Of a stretch of 64,000 nucleotides of DNA, positions 60,955 through 64,000 are shown piece by piece. A program made the translations under genes and the position numbers. Position 1 is the stretch's first letter. Each line of letters begins with the position of its first letter. The stretch comes from Cyanobacteria bacterium J06626_4 (lineage in GTDB: Bacteria; Cyanobacteriota; Cyanobacteriia; Phormidesmidales; Phormidesmidaceae), in contig JBCBJQ010000006.1 in the NCBI GenBank assembly GCA_038523235.1, forward strand, positions 63,655-127,654. Reading direction: 5' to 3'. The notes below the pieces were generated by a model. It saw only the letters and a program-made list of their open reading frames with translations. It was not told the DNA's origin and did not search any database.

Positions 60955-62096
60955 CTGAATCGCCGGCGACCCAATGGTACCGCGAAGGTCAGGCTGAATT
61001 TGCAATCGGCACCGCGTTTTATCGAACGCAAAGTCAAATGGGGCGTGATCTGGCCCTGTTAGCAGCGGCAGTTTATCGTCAACAGCGTGGTGAACTGCGA
61101 GTCTTAGACGCGATGACGGGCTGTGGCGTGCGATCGCTGCGCTATGTCCTAGAGGCCGAAGCGGATTGGGTTTGGGCCAACGAGGCGAATCCTGATCTGC
61201 AACTGCTGCTCACACAAAATCTGGCGCGGGGATTGTCCCCTTCGACCTATCGCATCACTGGCCAAGACGCGAACGAGGTGTTCTTTAGCTGTTATCAGCA
61301 ACGAGACTTTTACGATTTGGTCGATGTGGATTGCTTTGGTAGCGGGGCGCCGTACCTCTCAACCGCGCTGTGGGCGACTCGCATCGGGGGCTTGCTATAT
61401 CTCACCAGCACCGATACCCGCACCACCGGTGGCCATAATCCCGAACACAGCGTGCAAGCATATGGAGCCTATGCCCGCCCGCACCCGGCAGGTCATGAAC
61501 AAGGCGTGCGGTTACTTATCGGTAGCCTGGTGCAGCAGGCGGCCGGGCAGGGCTTAGCCATCCAGCCGCTGTTTTCGTTCTATAACGGCCATGTCCACCG
61601 GGTGATGGTGCGCCTGACCAACGCCGAACCTTGGCGGGGTAACCAGTACGGGTTTTTGGGCTACTGCCATCACTGCGGTCATTATCAAACCCTGTCGTGG
61701 CGGAAACTGGGTCGAGCGATTTGTCCTGAGGCGTTGCCGGATAAATCCATTCCCCTGGTGGTGAGCGGCCCTTTATGGCTCGGGCCACTGCACGATCGCA
61801 CCTTTTTGACGGCGATGGCGCACCAAGCCCAGCAGTGGGAATGGTCGCACCAGCAGGATTTAGTCGCGCTCATGCAAGCCGAAGCTGATTTGCCGCCCTA
61901 CTATTTCACGCTGCCCGAGGTGGGTCGCCACGGGCAGATGGATATTCCAAAACGTGAGGCTCTCATGCGGATACTCCGCGAGCGCGGATTCCGCGTGAGC
62001 CGCACCCATTTTGAGCCGCAAGCGATCAAAACCGACGCCACGATGGCTGACTGTATTGCCGCCGCTCGAATCTGCAGCGCTGAGTCAGTGGGCTGA
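60951..62096 (+). CDS. trm1: tRNA (guanine26-N2)-dimethyltransferase, Trm1 family
   Basis: VLDAMTGCGVRSLRY, DLVDVDCFGS, LYLTSTD, CHHCGH, GPLWLGPLHD, IKTDA. Confidence 0.85.
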   Translation: MTESPATQWYREGQAEFAIGTAFYRTQSQMGRDLALLAAAVYRQQRGELRVLDAMTGCGVRSLRYVLEAEADWVWANEANPDLQLLLTQNLARGLSPSTYRITGQDANEVFFSCYQQRDFYDLVDVDCFGSGAPYLSTALWATRIGGLLYLTSTDTRTTGGHNPEHSVQAYGAYARPHPAGHEQGVRLLIGSLVQQAAGQGLAIQPLFSFYNGHVHRVMVRLTNAEPWRGNQYGFLGYCHHCGHYQTLSWRKLGRAICPEALPDKSIPLVVSGPLWLGPLHDRTFLTAMAHQAQQWEWSHQQDLVALMQAEADLPPYYFTLPEVGRHGQMDIPKREALMRILRERGFRVSRTHFEPQAIKTDATMADCIAAARICSAESVG

Positions 62097-62418
62097 GTCA
62101 GTGAATTGAGGGGGTGATCGCCGAACTTCTTCTGAACTTTACAGACAGTCTCGGTAAGTTTGCGGAAGGTTTACCCAAAGGCCAAAATGAGCGCCTATGC
62201 TGTGGACATATGAGTAACCCATTATTTGAATCCTCCCTCGGCAGGCGCTACAGTGCTCTCCGGGGGATTATTTTTGGGCGGCGCAAAACTGGCTAAACTC
62301 AATTCTTCCAACGGACATCACCATCATTTCAGTAAGGCCGTTATAAGATACGGTCTGGATGAAACTGCTCAGCCGCTAATGGGGCTGGCGTGAGGTCGAT
62401 GAACAGCGGGAGAGAGAC

Positions 62419-63510
62419 GTGGAGCAAAAGTTCAAGCGGCTGAAATGGCTGGGGTTGGCGATCGCCCTCGTCACCGTGATTATTGCCTGCCAGCCGTCAA
62501 CGCCGGTCGCGACCGATCCGGCAGCGCCCAATAATTCAGCACCAGCCAGCGCTCCCCTCGTGCTCAACGGTACCGGGGCAAGCTTTCCTCTCTTTATTTA
62601 CGAGCGCATCTTTAGCGAATATCGCCAGCAGGTTGATCCCAATCTGAGCATCAACTATCAGCCCACGGGCAGCGCCGCCGGGATTCAACAGGTGATTTCT
62701 AACACAGTGGATTTTGGCGCAAGTGATGTGGCCATGACCGAGGCTGAAATGGCTCAGGTCGAGTCGGGAGTTGTGCTCGTGCCGATGACGGCAGGCTTGG
62801 TGGCGATCGCCTACAATCTGCCAGGTGAGACAACGGCACTTAACCTCAGTCGGGCGGTGCTAGCCGATATATTTTTTGGGAAAATCACCCGGTGGAACGA
62901 TCCGTTGATTGCAGCCAGCAATCCGGAGCGATCGCTGCCGGATTTGCCGCTCACGCTGGTGCATCGTTCTGACGGCAGCGGCACGACGGCGGCAATGACG
63001 TCACACCTAGCGGCCATCAACCCAGAATGGCAGACGGATGTGGGCGCGGGCCTTAGTGTGGCTTGGCCAGCGGGCATTGGCATCAAGGCGAATGCCGGGG
63101 TCGCAGCACAAATTCAGCAGGCCGAAGGCACCCTCGGATACTTGGAATATAGCTACGCGCAGCGCTTGGGCTTGCCCATTGCGGCGATTGAAAACCAAGC
63201 AGGCGATTTTATGGTGCCGGGACCCGCTTCGGGCGCAGCTGCCCTGCTGGATGCCGCCATGCCAGCCGACCTGCGAGTATTTATTCCTGATCCGGTGGAC
63301 GAATCGGCCTATCCCATCGTCACCTACAGCTGGATTTTGGCCTACGAAAACTACGCCGACGCCACCAAGGCGGATGCTCTAAAGCAAGTGTTGACATGGG
63401 GACTCACTGAAGGGCAGCAATATAGCCAGGAACTGGGCTATATTCCCCTACCTCAGCCAGTCGTCGAGCAGGCGATCGCGGCGGTTGAGCGGATTCAAGC
63501 CGGCAGTTAA
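62419..63510 (+). CDS. pstS: Phosphate ABC transporter substrate-binding lipoprotein
   Basis: Lipobox IIAC; GTGASFP, GSAAG, VDFGASD, HRSDGSGTT, YPIVTYSW. Confidence 0.95.
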   Translation: MEQKFKRLKWLGLAIALVTVIIACQPSTPVATDPAAPNNSAPASAPLVLNGTGASFPLFIYERIFSEYRQQVDPNLSINYQPTGSAAGIQQVISNTVDFGASDVAMTEAEMAQVESGVVLVPMTAGLVAIAYNLPGETTALNLSRAVLADIFFGKITRWNDPLIAASNPERSLPDLPLTLVHRSDGSGTTAAMTSHLAAINPEWQTDVGAGLSVAWPAGIGIKANAGVAAQIQQAEGTLGYLEYSYAQRLGLPIAAIENQAGDFMVPGPASGAAALLDAAMPADLRVFIPDPVDESAYPIVTYSWILAYENYADATKADALKQVLTWGLTEGQQYSQELGYIPLPQPVVEQAIAAVERIQAGS

Positions 63511-63633
63511 TTTCTGTGCCCAGCGAGCCGACTCCCCACACCATCTTGGCCATATCAGGGAATCCGCTCATCGGGGTGACAGATTTGCCACCGGGCAAAC
63601 AAGTGCACTGATAGATAATGGCTTTCGGGTCAG

Positions 63634-64000
63634 CTACACCGCGATCGCAGTGGATTCAATCCCCGATGCCGCCAGATCTTCGCCGTACCAGGCTTTACCA
63701 TCCAGCGCCATTTGCTCAATCAGGCTGGCCAAACGTAGCGCTTTCAGCGCTTGCTCGCCGCCCACCGATGGCTTCTCGCCACCTCGTACGCAGTTCACAA
63801 AATGCTCTAGCTCGGCATGCAACGGCTCAATATTGCTGGTGTAGACCTTTTCGATCAGACCGTCTTGCCGATAAAGCACTTGACCATAATTGGTCATGGT
63901 GTTCGCGGTCATTTGGCGATTGATCAAAATTTCGTTGTTGAGAAAGTCCGCTTCGGTTAACGAATCACGGCAGTGGGCGGCAATGGTGCGAATTTTGCGG
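63634..64000 (-). CDS. Gfo/Idh/MocA family oxidoreductase, C-terminal part (runs off window)
   Basis: RKIRTIAAHCRDSLTEADFLNNEILINRQ..EPLHAELEHFVNCVRGGEKPSVGGEQALKAL. Confidence 0.85.
   Translation of the reverse strand, partial: RKIRTIAAHCRDSLTEADFLNNEILINRQMTANTMTNYGQVLYRQDGLIEKVYTSNIEPLHAELEHFVNCVRGGEKPSVGGEQALKALRLASLIEQMALDGKAWYGEDLAASGIESTAIAV

Larger units (their letters stand above)
3170..63650. repeat. HIP1 octamer GCGATCGC dispersed throughout the window
   Basis: Many copies seen, e.g. near 3175, 3653, 4033, 4973, 12108, 14528, 28364 and 63641. Not counted exhaustively. Confidence 0.95.

Overview
This is a cyanobacterial chromosome segment: HIP1 (GCGATCGC) is abundant and psaI, cruP, ycf46, pedR and DUF2808 are present. 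Style and GC content suggest a filamentous Leptolyngbya/Nodosilinea-like organism, which is an inference. Most of the window is housekeeping: ribD, a TrxC-like thioredoxin, ppsA, infC, hisS, pstCAB, nfuA, prxQ, the str operon (rpsL-rpsG-fusA-tufA-rpsJ), the rpmH-rnpA-yidC-jag-yceD-ycf46 cluster, pntAB, clpS, trm1 and pstS. Two accessory loci at the left end stand out. (1) Minus strand, 9874 to <1: a tightly linked four-gene cell-surface operon. It encodes a DUF11/SdrD-B protein, a 1238-aa putative outer-membrane beta-barrel, a CSLREA/beta-helix/OmpA protein, and a >1011-aa secreted Ig-repeat protein that is missing from the ORF track. It looks like an uncharacterised adhesin/fibre export-and-anchoring system. 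(2) A divergent, N-terminally extended DDG-synthase-type sugar-phosphate cyclase is paired with a DxD glycosyltransferase-like gene instead of the usual mysB/mysC. Other points: fusA is frameshifted near 45222, infC probably starts at ATC, psaI was missed by the ORF track, there is a three-repeat Pho box before pstC, and several intergenic regions carry hairpins or tandem duplications. I recognised no tRNA, rRNA, CRISPR array or intact transposase. All calls were made by eye, without database searches.
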